From assembly GCA_041946735.1 (NCBI GenBank), contig JBHGAY010000001.1:256001-320000 (forward strand): a stretch of 64,000 nt of DNA, in the 5' to 3' direction. Shown here in pieces: positions 49,783 through 59,143 of the stretch. The position numbers and the translations under genes are program-made. This DNA comes from Candidatus Eiseniibacteriota bacterium. Lineage in GTDB: Bacteria > Eisenbacteria > RBG-16-71-46 > CAIMUX01 > VGJL01. The notes under the pieces were generated by a model, which made no database searches, had not been told where the DNA came from, and worked only from the letters and a program-made list of their open reading frames with translations. Every line of letters starts with the position of its first letter. Position 1 is the stretch's first letter.

Positions 49783-51174
49783 TCAACGACGCCGCGAACG
49801 CGGCTGCTTTCGTATGGGGCCATACTCGGACAGCCGGCGCTGCAGGGTGCGCAGTCCAATTCCCAGGATCCGAGCTGCCCGCGCCCGGTCGCCGCGCGTA
49901 TGGGCCAGCGTCGATTCGATGAGCTTGCGCTCCGCCTCGGCGATCGTCGATCCGATCGGGATGCGGATCTCCTCCGCTTCTCCGGCCGGACCGCTTCGGA
50001 TCTCTTCGGGAAGATCCGCGACGTCGACGGGACCCGAGCCCGAGCCGGCCAGGACCATGCCGCGCAGGACACTCTTCAGCTCCCGGACGTTCCCCGGCCA
50101 TGCGTAGCGGACGAGGCGATCGAGAGCGGCCGGCTGGATCCCCTGAATCGACCGCCCGCTCTGCCCGGCGATCTCGCCGAGGAAGTGCTCGACGAGCAGT
50201 GGAATGTCCCGGCGACGCTGACGCAAGGCGGGCAGCTCGATCGTGATGGAGCGGAGCGCGTCGAAGAGATCGCCACGCAACTCCCCCGATTCCGCCTTCT
50301 GCCGGGTGAGGTGCGAACCGATCGCGAGGATGCGCGCGTCGAGCTTGCGCGTCCGCCGTCCTCCAACCCTCTCGAACGCACGGGATGCGACCAGGCGCAG
50401 CGCCTTCCCCTGCGTCTCGGCCGGCAGCTCGTCGATGCGATCGAGCACGAGCGTGCCGGACGCGGCACGCTCACAACGTCCGGGCCGGGACGGATCCCCC
50501 TCGACTCCGAAGAGCTCGCGCTCGAGCGCGTCCGCCGCGATGCCGCCGCAATCGATGCGCACGAGCGGGCCGGAACGGCGCGCGCTGTTCTGATGGATCG
50601 CCTGCGCCACGAGATCCCGTCCGGTCCCCGGCTCTCCGACGATCAGCACGGGCTCGTCCATTCCCGACACCTGCAGGATGCGGCTGTAGACGCGGACGAT
50701 CGGCGTGGAGGAGCCGATCAGGTTCTGGAAGCCATACCGCCGATCGAGACGCCGGGCGAGCTCGTGCATCTCGCCCACGAGCCTCTGGACGGAAAGGCCG
50801 CGCCGGAGAACGGCGAGGATCTTCTCGACGTTCAGCGGGCGCGTCTGGAAGTCGTGGGCCCCCTCGTCGAGGGCGTGCGTCGCGAGAGGCACCTCGGAAG
50901 GGGTCGCGACGAGGATTGCCACGACCTCGGGATTGCGCATCCGGGCGATGCGCAGCAGTCGCAGTCCGTCGATCCGCGGAGCCCGCGTCTCGCACAGCAG
51001 GGCGTCGATCTGCTCGGTGTCGAGGATGTTGTAGCCGGCCGGCTCGTCGGAAACCCGGAGCGCCTCCATCCCCTCTTCTTCCAGGCGTTCTGCGATCCTG
51101 CGCGCCTCGCTCGTCTCGCTCAGGACGAGCAGCACGCGCGGAGGGGGGATGGTGGCCGGCGCTCCCGCTTCCAT
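49783..51174 (-). CDS. Degenerate sigma54-interaction-domain regulator (pseudo-REC, AAA+ lacking GAFTGA, Fis HTH)
   Basis: GEPGTGRD, ELFGVEGDPSRPG, LDRIDE, WPGNVREL, AARILGIGLRTL. Confidence 0.88.
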   Translation of the reverse strand: MEAGAPATIPPPRVLLVLSETSEARRIAERLEEEGMEALRVSDEPAGYNILDTEQIDALLCETRAPRIDGLRLLRIARMRNPEVVAILVATPSEVPLATHALDEGAHDFQTRPLNVEKILAVLRRGLSVQRLVGEMHELARRLDRRYGFQNLIGSSTPIVRVYSRILQVSGMDEPVLIVGEPGTGRDLVAQAIHQNSARRSGPLVRIDCGGIAADALERELFGVEGDPSRPGRCERAASGTLVLDRIDELPAETQGKALRLVASRAFERVGGRRTRKLDARILAIGSHLTRQKAESGELRGDLFDALRSITIELPALRQRRRDIPLLVEHFLGEIAGQSGRSIQGIQPAALDRLVRYAWPGNVRELKSVLRGMVLAGSGSGPVDVADLPEEIRSGPAGEAEEIRIPIGSTIAEAERKLIESTLAHTRGDRARAARILGIGLRTLQRRLSEYGPIRKQPRSRRR

Positions 51175-51193
51175 GCGCCTCACTGTAGAAAGC

Positions 51194-51209
51194 TGGCATG
51201 TGCCTTGCA
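51194..51209 (+). promoter_or_regulatory. sigma54 (-24/-12) promoter
   Basis: TGGCATGTGCCTTGCA, near-consensus. Confidence 0.75.
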
Positions 51210-51441
51210 ACACGACCGGGTCGCGACGCCCCCCGGCCGCGAGCCGGGAGAACCCCCGTCCCGTAGCCGGTCGTGCAGCCGACGATGCGAAGCGGTGTTG
51301 GCGACGCCTCGCGCCCGTTCCGGTCGAGTCTCCACCGCCGCTGCGAGCCGCCCGCCCGGTGCCGGGATTGCAGGTCGCGCGGTTGCCTCCCCCCGATCGT
51401 GCCCTTTGCGTCGGGGCGGAGAGAGCGTCGAGGAGGCCCCG

Positions 51442-51957
51442 ATGCGAGAGAGCCTTGGGCACGAAGCCGGCGTCTGGTTCCTGGAGAATCTGGCGCATCT
51501 CGTCCCCGGCTATCAGGGTTACCGGGAACGGGACCTCCGCCGCGCGGAGGACGCCCGCTTGCGCGCGCAGGTCCTCGAGCGGATGGCCGACATCCGGGCG
51601 GCGATCGAAGCATGGTCCGAGACGCTTCCCGACGGGATCGATCAGGACTGCGCGCAGGCGATCGAGCGACGCGCCGCGCGGCTCGACTCTCTGGCCGACG
51701 CGATCCGCTACGCGCCGTACGCTTTCAGCGGCTTCTTCGATGCGACGGTCGTGCGGGAAGAAACGGTCGAGCGGGTCCTCGAGCTCGACCTGCTCCTCTT
51801 CGAGGACCTGCGCAAGCTCGACCTCCTGCTCGACGTCGCCCCCCGGCCCCCGCGAGCGCTCGCACGGATCGAGCCGCTCTTGAGCGAGTTGGACGCGACG
51901 ATCGAGGCGATCGAGGTCCACCTGATCCAACGCGACAAGGCCCTCGGCGACTGCTGA
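51442..51957 (+). CDS. Conserved-looking all-helical hypothetical protein
   Basis: GAGGAGG SD; VPGYQGY..RRAED..YAPYAFSGFFDA motifs; typical codon pattern. Confidence 0.8.
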   Translation: MRESLGHEAGVWFLENLAHLVPGYQGYRERDLRRAEDARLRAQVLERMADIRAAIEAWSETLPDGIDQDCAQAIERRAARLDSLADAIRYAPYAFSGFFDATVVREETVERVLELDLLLFEDLRKLDLLLDVAPRPPRALARIEPLLSELDATIEAIEVHLIQRDKALGDC

Positions 51958-52020
51958 GGCTGCGCGGGCGGGCGGCCGCCGGCCGCCGCGGCAAGCGACG
52001 GCTCGCGCATGCCGGCCCCG

Positions 52021-52893
52021 TCACCCGCGGACGATCGCGACCACCTCCGCCGCGGTCTCCTCGATCGCCTTGTGGGAAACGTCCACGACTGACCATCCCC
52101 CTCGATCGAAGATGTCCTGGCAGAACCGCAGCTCCTCTTTGATGTGCGGAATCTGCGCGTAGTCGAACGCCGCCCCGGCCGACATCCGGCGCGCGCGCAT
52201 CTCTCGAACCCCCTCGAGCCACGCCGGCCTGGCCGTCAACCCGACGACCCGCGAGGGATCGGCAGCGAACAGCTCCGCGGGTGGATCGATCCCGAGGACG
52301 ATCGGCACGTTCGCCACGCGCCAGCCCCGATATGCGAGGAACATCGACAGCGGAGTCTTCGACGTGCGGGACACGCCGATCAGGACGAGGTCGGCGAGCG
52401 GCAGATCGGCCGGGAGCAGCCCGTCGTCGTGCTTCACGGCGAACTCGATCGCCTCGGTGCGCCGGAAGTATTCCTCGTCGAGCTGCCGGAAGATGCCCGG
52501 CTCAGCGCGCGGCGAGACCCGGAGCACGTCGGAGAGGCGGCGGAGGATCGGGCCGAGAAGATCGATCGTCGAGACGTGAAAGCGGCGCGCCTCGTGGAGC
52601 AGATGGTTGCGGTGATCGGCGGAGACGAGGCTGTAGATGACCGTCGCGTCCCGCTGGGAGGCCAGGGAGATGGCCTCGGAGATGCGCTCGAGGGTGCGCA
52701 CCTCCGGCACGCGGACGACCTGCACCGCGTCGGGCTCGAACTGCGTCATGGCCGCCTGGACGACACGCTCCCCGGTCACCCCCGACCCGTCGGATAGCGC
52801 GAAGACGAGATGTGGATCTGCGGGGCCGGTCTGTCCCGTCGGATCGTGCCGCTCTTCATCCTCTGAGGATCCTGGACGTCGTTCGGTTGGCAT
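52021..52893 (-). CDS. ppsR: Pyruvate,water/phosphate dikinase regulatory kinase-pyrophosphorylase (DUF299)
   Basis: LSDGSGVTG, YFRRTEAIEFAVKHDDG, LIGVSRTSKTPLS, ANVP, AIEETA. Confidence 0.9.
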   Translation of the reverse strand: MPTERRPGSSEDEERHDPTGQTGPADPHLVFALSDGSGVTGERVVQAAMTQFEPDAVQVVRVPEVRTLERISEAISLASQRDATVIYSLVSADHRNHLLHEARRFHVSTIDLLGPILRRLSDVLRVSPRAEPGIFRQLDEEYFRRTEAIEFAVKHDDGLLPADLPLADLVLIGVSRTSKTPLSMFLAYRGWRVANVPIVLGIDPPAELFAADPSRVVGLTARPAWLEGVREMRARRMSAGAAFDYAQIPHIKEELRFCQDIFDRGGWSVVDVSHKAIEETAAEVVAIVRG

Positions 52894-53006
52894 GCGAACG
52901 AGAGTATTCCGTTCGCTCGCCCCACGCCACAGGATCCGCGGCGGGGGAGCAACCGTTTCGCCGGCGCGCTCCCGCGGGCGCCCCGGCCTGCCGTAGACTC
53001 GCGGTC

Positions 53007-54656
53007 ATGAGGCCCAACCCGCTCTTCGATTTTGTCGCCCCGCCCTTCCCGGCCGCGCTTCACGCAGCCGCGCTTCTCGCAGCCGCGCTTCTCGCAGCCG
53101 TTCTCCTTGCGGCTCCGCCGGCGGCCGGCGCGCCCGCTCCCGACGCTCCCTATCCGAACGTGCAAGTCAACTCCAGGCCGAACAATCCCGAGGAGACGGC
53201 GATCGCGATCAACCCGCGCAACCCCGACAACGTCGTCGGCGTGGCGCAAGTCCCCTGTCACTGGTACGCCAGCTTCGACGGCGGAGCCGGCTGGACGGAA
53301 GGCGACCTCCCCGATTTGGTGGACCTGGGCGACCCGTCGATCGTCTTCGACGCGGACGGCTACGCGTACTACGCCTTCATCGGGCTCTTCGACCACTCCG
53401 GCATCTTCGTGAACCGCTCCACCGATGGCGGCCTGACCTGGATGCCGAATGCGACGCCGGTCGTGGAGCACCAGGGAGGCGAGCCGTTCGAAGACAAGTC
53501 CTGGCCGGTCGCGGACTGGACGAACAGCCCCACCCGGAACAACCTCTACGTCTCCTGGACGCGCTTCACGCGCTACGGAAGCGCCGATCCGGCCGACAGC
53601 TCCACCATCCTCTTCTCCCGGTCGACCGACCGCGGTCAGAGCTTCTCCGCGCCCATCCGGATCGGCGACGAGGCCGGTGACGCCATCGACTCCGACGGCA
53701 CGGTGGAGGGGGCGGTGCCGGCCGTCGGCCCGCAAGGGGAGGTCTACGTCGCGTGGGCGGGACCGCGGGGGATCGAGTTCGACCGGTCGCTCGACGCGGG
53801 CAGGACGTTCGGGCGGGACCGCGTGATCGCGGACCAGCCGGGAGGGTGGGACTTCGACGTTCCGGGCATCTACCGCGCGAACGGCCTCCCCGTCACGCGC
53901 GTCGATCTGAGCGGCGGGCCGTTTCGCGGGCGGATCTATGTCAACTGGTCGGACCAGCGAAACGGCGATACCGACGTCTTCCTCATCCACTCCGACGACC
54001 GGGGCGGGAGTTGGTCGGCGCCGCGACGCGTCCACGGAGACCCGATCGGCAATGGCAGGGACCAGTTCTTCACCTGGTTCGACGTCGATCCAGTCACCGG
54101 GGCCGTCCGCGTCGTGTTCTACGATCGACGGCAGCACCCCGACAACCTCACGACCGATGTGTTTCTCGCGACCTCCTTCGACGGCGGCGAGACGTTCCTC
54201 GAGGAGAAGATCAGCGCCTCGAGCTTCATCCCCGACCCGACCGTCTTCTTCGGCGACTACATCGGGATCTCCTCGTTCGCCGACCGGGTGCGGCCTCTCT
54301 GGGTCCGTATGGATGGCCGCACGCTTTCGATCTGGACGGCGTTGATCGATCCGCCCTCCGCCGGCGTGTGCGATCCGGCCGGCTGCTCCCCTCCCCACCT
54401 CTCGATCCTGCCCAATCCGATGCGCGCCGAAGCGACGATCCTCTGCTGCGACGGTCTGACGGAGCCGGTCGTGCTCACGGTGCACGACGTGAGCGGCCGT
54501 CGCGTGCGGGAGCTACGCGCAGGCGGCCGGACGGCGGGCGGGGCGCAAGCGGTCGTGTGGGACGGCCGAGGCGAGAACGGGGACCGCGTGCCGCCGGGGA
54601 TCTACTGGATCTCCGGGCGCGCGATCCCCGCATCGAGGATCGTGGTCGTCCACTGA
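53007..54656 (+). CDS. Secreted BNR/Asp-box (sialidase-like) beta-propeller protein with FlgD/T9SS-like CTD
   Basis: Asp-boxes SFDGGAGW, STDGGLTW, STDRGQSF, SLDAGRTF, SDDRGGSW, SFDGGETF; FGDYIGI; PNP..DVSGRRV..WDG..G..PGIY. Confidence 0.88.
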   Translation: MRPNPLFDFVAPPFPAALHAAALLAAALLAAVLLAAPPAAGAPAPDAPYPNVQVNSRPNNPEETAIAINPRNPDNVVGVAQVPCHWYASFDGGAGWTEGDLPDLVDLGDPSIVFDADGYAYYAFIGLFDHSGIFVNRSTDGGLTWMPNATPVVEHQGGEPFEDKSWPVADWTNSPTRNNLYVSWTRFTRYGSADPADSSTILFSRSTDRGQSFSAPIRIGDEAGDAIDSDGTVEGAVPAVGPQGEVYVAWAGPRGIEFDRSLDAGRTFGRDRVIADQPGGWDFDVPGIYRANGLPVTRVDLSGGPFRGRIYVNWSDQRNGDTDVFLIHSDDRGGSWSAPRRVHGDPIGNGRDQFFTWFDVDPVTGAVRVVFYDRRQHPDNLTTDVFLATSFDGGETFLEEKISASSFIPDPTVFFGDYIGISSFADRVRPLWVRMDGRTLSIWTALIDPPSAGVCDPAGCSPPHLSILPNPMRAEATILCCDGLTEPVVLTVHDVSGRRVRELRAGGRTAGGAQAVVWDGRGENGDRVPPGIYWISGRAIPASRIVVVH

Positions 54657-54708
54657 GCGGAGGACGCCGGGCCGGCGGCGCCTCGGAGGTGCCGGCCGGC
54701 CGCCGCCC

Positions 54709-56142
54709 TCAGTCGAGGAGAACGAACAGGCGGCTGAACCGGCGCTCTCCCATCTCGACAGAGAGGAAGTAGACCCCGGCCGGCAGCCCACCGTCCGGAC
54801 GGTCCCATCGCAGCGCATGATCCCCCGCAGCGAGTTCGCCCTCGAGAGGCGTCGCGACGATCCTTCCCGCGACGTCGAGGATCCGGGCGCGCACGGACGC
54901 CGCGCGGTCCAGGCGCAACGAGTAGGCGATCCCAGCGCGGCTCGGGTTCGGGACGACGCTGCCAAGCGACAGGCCCCCCTCTGCCGGCGATTCGGGAGCT
55001 GCGCCGGGCAGCAAGCAGAGCCCGTTCGGGTTCCGGTCGCCCATCGCCAGCGCGAACAGCTGCAGATCGGCCGGCGTGCAGGTTCCATCGCCGTTCAAGT
55101 CGGCGCACGGATCGTTCTGCGCGCACGCCTCCTCGAACCACTCCTGATCCTTGGCGTCGACCTTCCCGTCGGCGCGCTCGCCGTCCCAGTCGGGACTGAC
55201 GACCCTCGAGTAGTGACGGATCTCGATGCCGAAGAACAGGACGCTGAAGGCGCATTCACCGCAACCGCCGATCTTCGGATTGAACGTGACCATCCCGTCG
55301 GCGTCCGTCCACTTCGGCCCCATGTCCGGATCCACCGGGTCGATGCAGAGGTCGGGGCAGTCGGTGCGTAGGACGACCTCCACGCCTTCCCACGCGTCGC
55401 CGTGGGCGTCGACGGCGACGATCGTCACGCTATCGACCGCCGAACTTTGCGGGGAAGCGCCGGGACTGACGAGGGCGTGCTGCATCACATCCCAGGGGCG
55501 CACCTGCTGCATCCAAGGCTCGATCGGCCCCCCGCCGCAAAGCCCGCCCGGGTTCACGCTCCCCGTGCTCTGCGCGAGGAGCTGCATGTCGGAGGCGGAG
55601 CAGACGCCGTCGCCGTTGTAGTCGACGCACGGGGGGAGAGGATCCATGCCGCAGGCCACGTCGAAGAAGGTCCAATCCCCATCATCGACGATGCCGTCGG
55701 CCATCCAACCGTCCCAATCGGGACTCACCACCGTCGTGAAGTGACGTATCGGGATCCCGTCGGCAACCACCTCGATCCCGCAATCGGCGCAACCGCCGAC
55801 ACGGGGGTTGAACTCGACCCGCCCCGCACCATCCGTCCGCTTCGGTCCGAGATCGGGATCCTCCGGATCGATGCAGAGGTCGAGGCAGTCCTGGAACACG
55901 ATCTCGACCGCGACGTCGGCCATCGGATCGCCGAACACGTTCCGGACGGTGACGGTCACGCGGTCGAGAGAGACCGTGCTGCCCGGAATGACGAGCACCC
56001 GCCCCGTTCCGTCCCAGGGAAGGACGCTGCAATGTTCCGGATCAGGAACGTACTGAGCCATCGAAGTCGAGGACATGCTCGAGAGGAACCAGAGCGAAAG
56101 ACAGAGAGCCGCGATCCGCGTCATCACGACGTGCGCCTTCAT
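54709..56142 (-). CDS. Secreted protein with two tandem Cys-rich Ig-like/dockerin-like modules and FlgD/T9SS-like CTD
   Basis: Signal peptide; duplicated PWD..CxDLCIDP..GGC..SPDWDG..ADG..DxNGDG module; PNP..DVAGR..WD..AGVYF; GGAGG SD. Confidence 0.8.
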   Translation of the reverse strand: MKAHVVMTRIAALCLSLWFLSSMSSTSMAQYVPDPEHCSVLPWDGTGRVLVIPGSTVSLDRVTVTVRNVFGDPMADVAVEIVFQDCLDLCIDPEDPDLGPKRTDGAGRVEFNPRVGGCADCGIEVVADGIPIRHFTTVVSPDWDGWMADGIVDDGDWTFFDVACGMDPLPPCVDYNGDGVCSASDMQLLAQSTGSVNPGGLCGGGPIEPWMQQVRPWDVMQHALVSPGASPQSSAVDSVTIVAVDAHGDAWEGVEVVLRTDCPDLCIDPVDPDMGPKWTDADGMVTFNPKIGGCGECAFSVLFFGIEIRHYSRVVSPDWDGERADGKVDAKDQEWFEEACAQNDPCADLNGDGTCTPADLQLFALAMGDRNPNGLCLLPGAAPESPAEGGLSLGSVVPNPSRAGIAYSLRLDRAASVRARILDVAGRIVATPLEGELAAGDHALRWDRPDGGLPAGVYFLSVEMGERRFSRLFVLLD

Positions 56143-56363
56143 TGCGAGCACCTCCGTATTGCCGGCGACCAGCAGCCAGGAGGAGGGGGGAAGGACCTTG
56201 GCGGCCACCGCAGGTCTCATATGTTTTGGGCCGGGCGCTGCATCCGGCCCGACTCGGTATGGATCGACGCCCCACAAGAATAGAGCAGGCTCGCGGAAAT
56301 GACAATGCGCGGCCCGCCTCGCCGCGCAGCAGCGACCGCCCGACGGCTCGGCGACGGCTCCGT

Positions 56364-56397
56364 GGCGGGTCAGCGGCGGGTCAGCGGCGGGTCAACG
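56364..56397. repeat. 11-bp tandem repeat x3 (GGCGGGTCAGC)
   Basis: Covers stop codon of kinase gene. Confidence 0.8.
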
Positions 56398-57594
56398 GCG
56401 ATGCCCGCGGGGCAGGCGGATCCGGAAGGTCGTACCCTTCCCCGGTATCGACTGGCAGGTCACAAGACCGCCGTGCTCCTCCACGATCTGCCGCACCACG
56501 GCGAGGCCGAGGCCGGTGCCGTCCTGCTTCGTCGTGAAGAACGGCTCGAAGATCCGCGGCAGGACGTCCGGCGAGATTCCGGGGCCGTTGTCGTCGACCT
56601 GGATCTCCGCCCCGTCCTGCATGGCCGCCGTGACGACCATCACCTGCCCGTCGTGGGGCGGAACGACGTCCATCGCGTTGCGGATCAGGTTGAGCACGAC
56701 CTGGCGGACCAGGCGGCTGTCGCACGCCACCAACGGCCGGCTGTCGTCCAGGTTCAGCACCAGGCGGGTGCCGCTGCGGCGCAGCTCAGGCCGGAGGAAG
56801 TCGGCGAGCTCGAGCAGGACGGCGTTCAGGTCCTCCTCCCGCCCGGTCGGCTGCGGCATCCGCGAGAACTGCAGGTACTCGTCGGTGATCTGCGAGAGCC
56901 GCTTCGTCTCGCGCTTGATCGTCTGCAGGATCTCCCGCGCTTCACGCTCCTCCGGCGTGTCGCCGACCCCGAGGTTGTCGAGCAGGATGTCGCAGTTGAG
57001 ATTGATCGAGGCGAGCGGATTGCGGATCTCGTGGACGACTTTCGAAGCCATCTTGCCGATCGCCGCCATCTTCTCGTTTCGAATCAGCTCGCGCTCCAGC
57101 TCGCGCGTGCGGCTGACGTCGCGGAGGATCTCGACCGCCCCTGCTTCCTGCCCCGTGGCCGGGTTGCGGATTCGTGAGCGCGTGAGCGAAACCTCGACGA
57201 GCGAGCCGTCCTTGCGCCGCCGTTCCGTCCGGAGATCCCGCACCTGCCCGCGCTCGAGGAGCGCCTCGGTCATCGCCCGCTCGATCACCGCCCCCTCGGG
57301 CAGGAGCAGCGAATAGGGCTTGCCGATCGCATCCTCCGGCGCGTAGCCGAAGGTCTCCGACGCCCCGCGGTTCCACAGCCGTACCCGGTCGGCCGGGTCG
57401 AGGACGAGGATCGCGTCGGCGGCATTCTCGACGACGTCCTGGAGCATGGAACGGGTCTGCTGCAGACTTGCGACCGACTCTCCGGCGCCGGAGGCCCGGC
57501 CGCGGCGCTGCCCGATCCAGATCAAGAGGATCGTGAGGACGCCGATGCCCGCGATGAGAGCGGCAGCGACGGGAAGCGGTGAGGTTGCGGCCAT
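56392..57594 (-). CDS. Membrane-anchored PAS sensor histidine kinase (NtrB/AtoS-like)
   Basis: One TM, PAS/PAC, VHEIRNPL, NLIRNAMD, DNGPGI, FEPFFTTK..GTGLGL. Confidence 0.93.
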   Translation of the reverse strand: MAATSPLPVAAALIAGIGVLTILLIWIGQRRGRASGAGESVASLQQTRSMLQDVVENAADAILVLDPADRVRLWNRGASETFGYAPEDAIGKPYSLLLPEGAVIERAMTEALLERGQVRDLRTERRRKDGSLVEVSLTRSRIRNPATGQEAGAVEILRDVSRTRELERELIRNEKMAAIGKMASKVVHEIRNPLASINLNCDILLDNLGVGDTPEEREAREILQTIKRETKRLSQITDEYLQFSRMPQPTGREEDLNAVLLELADFLRPELRRSGTRLVLNLDDSRPLVACDSRLVRQVVLNLIRNAMDVVPPHDGQVMVVTAAMQDGAEIQVDDNGPGISPDVLPRIFEPFFTTKQDGTGLGLAVVRQIVEEHGGLVTCQSIPGKGTTFRIRLPRGHRR

Positions 57595-57613
57595 GCCGAT
57601 CGTGCGCCTCTCG

Positions 57614-59047
57614 CTACTCGAGATACTCGGTCAGGCCGTACTCACGGATCTTCCTGTACAGGCGGGTGCGGGAGATCCGGAGCATCGAAGCCGCCCGGGA
57701 CTTGTTTCCGTCCGCGGCTTTCAGCGCGCGCTCGATCGCTTGCCGCTCCGCATCGGAGAGCGGGCCCGTGCCGTCCAGGTCGTCGGTCGCTGACGCCAAG
57801 CCAGAGCCAGAGGTAGAGGTAGACGTAGAGGCGGAGACCGAGCCGTCGAGACCGCCCGCGCGCACCAGCTCCGGCAGGTCCTCGACAGTGATCGTCCCCT
57901 CGACGCCCATCGCATAGACCGACTCGATCAGGTTCTCGAGCTGCCGGACGTTGCCCGGCCAGCGGTAGTGCTGGAGAGCTTCGAGCGCCTGCGGGTCGAT
58001 CCCGTGGATCCGGTTCGGGAACAGCCGCGAGAACTTCTCGAGGAAGTGCTGGACCAGGAACGGGATATCCTCGGGCCGGGCGCGCAGCGGCGGGATGTCG
58101 ATCCGGATTACGGCAAGCCGGTAGTACAGGTCCTGCCGCAGCGCCTGCTCGGCGACCGCCTCCTCGACGTTGCGATTGGTCGCGGCGATGAAGCGCACGT
58201 CGACCTTCATCTCCGCGACGTCCCCGACCGGCCGCACCGTCCTTTCCTGGATGACCCGCAGCAGCTTCGCCTGCGTCTCGATCGGCATCTCGGCGAACTC
58301 GTCGAGGAACAAGGTCCCACCGTCCGCGGAGCGAACCAGCCCGAGCGTCGTCGCGCTCGCCCCCGTGAACGCGCCCCGCCTGTGGCCGAACAGCTCGCTC
58401 TCGATCAAGCCGCGCGGGATCGCGCTGCAGTTGACCGGCACGAACGGCCCCTTCGCCCGCGTTCCGCTGTAGTGGATCGCGCGAGCGACCACCTCCTTGC
58501 CGGTCCCGCTCTCGCCGAGCACGAGCACCGAGCTCTCGTTGCGCGACGCTGCCTGGATCAGCGAGAAGACGCGTTGCATGCCCGGCCCCCGCCCGATCAG
58601 GTTCGGATAGGAGAAGGTCTTCTGCAGCTCGTCGCGAAGCCGATGGATCTCCCCCTTCATCCGGCGCGACTCGAGGATCTGGTTGACCGCCCGAAGCAGC
58701 TCGTCCCGGTCGAACGGCTTCGTGATGTAGTCGGTCGCTCCGATCTTCATCGCCTGGATGGCGTTCTGGATCGTCCCGTACCCGGTCATCATGATGACGT
58801 CGATCTGGGGATGGTCGCGCTTGATCCGTTGCAACAGCTCCGCGCCGTCCATGCGCGGCATTCGGAGGTCGGTCAGGACGATCGTGTAGGAAGGATCGGC
58901 CGCGAGGAGGTTCAGCGCCTCCTGCGCGTCGTACACGGCATCGGCGGCGAGACCGGCCTTGCGGAAGATCCGCCGGCAGGTCTCGGCCATGTCCACGTCG
59001 TCCTCGACGATCAGTATCTTCTCATCCACCCGAAGCTTCTCTTCCAC
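57614..59047 (-). CDS. sigma54-dependent response regulator (NtrC/AtoC family)
   Basis: ILIVEDD, TDLRMP, GESGTGKE, ESELFGHRRGAFTGA, WPGNVRQL, HTH. Confidence 0.95.
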   Translation of the reverse strand: MEEKLRVDEKILIVEDDVDMAETCRRIFRKAGLAADAVYDAQEALNLLAADPSYTIVLTDLRMPRMDGAELLQRIKRDHPQIDVIMMTGYGTIQNAIQAMKIGATDYITKPFDRDELLRAVNQILESRRMKGEIHRLRDELQKTFSYPNLIGRGPGMQRVFSLIQAASRNESSVLVLGESGTGKEVVARAIHYSGTRAKGPFVPVNCSAIPRGLIESELFGHRRGAFTGASATTLGLVRSADGGTLFLDEFAEMPIETQAKLLRVIQERTVRPVGDVAEMKVDVRFIAATNRNVEEAVAEQALRQDLYYRLAVIRIDIPPLRARPEDIPFLVQHFLEKFSRLFPNRIHGIDPQALEALQHYRWPGNVRQLENLIESVYAMGVEGTITVEDLPELVRAGGLDGSVSASTSTSTSGSGLASATDDLDGTGPLSDAERQAIERALKAADGNKSRAASMLRISRTRLYRKIREYGLTEYLE

Positions 59048-59143
59048 TTGGAGCTTCTCTTCCCGCTCCCATTCCCCGGATCGTCAGACGGGCGGCCCGC
59101 CGACGCGCGGAGCCGCCCGGACGGCGCGTCCCTCGGATCTGAT

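Noticed and set aside
53053..53105. 15-bp repeat CGCAGCCGCGCTTCT
   Set aside because: Simple expansion encoding AAALL within a signal peptide
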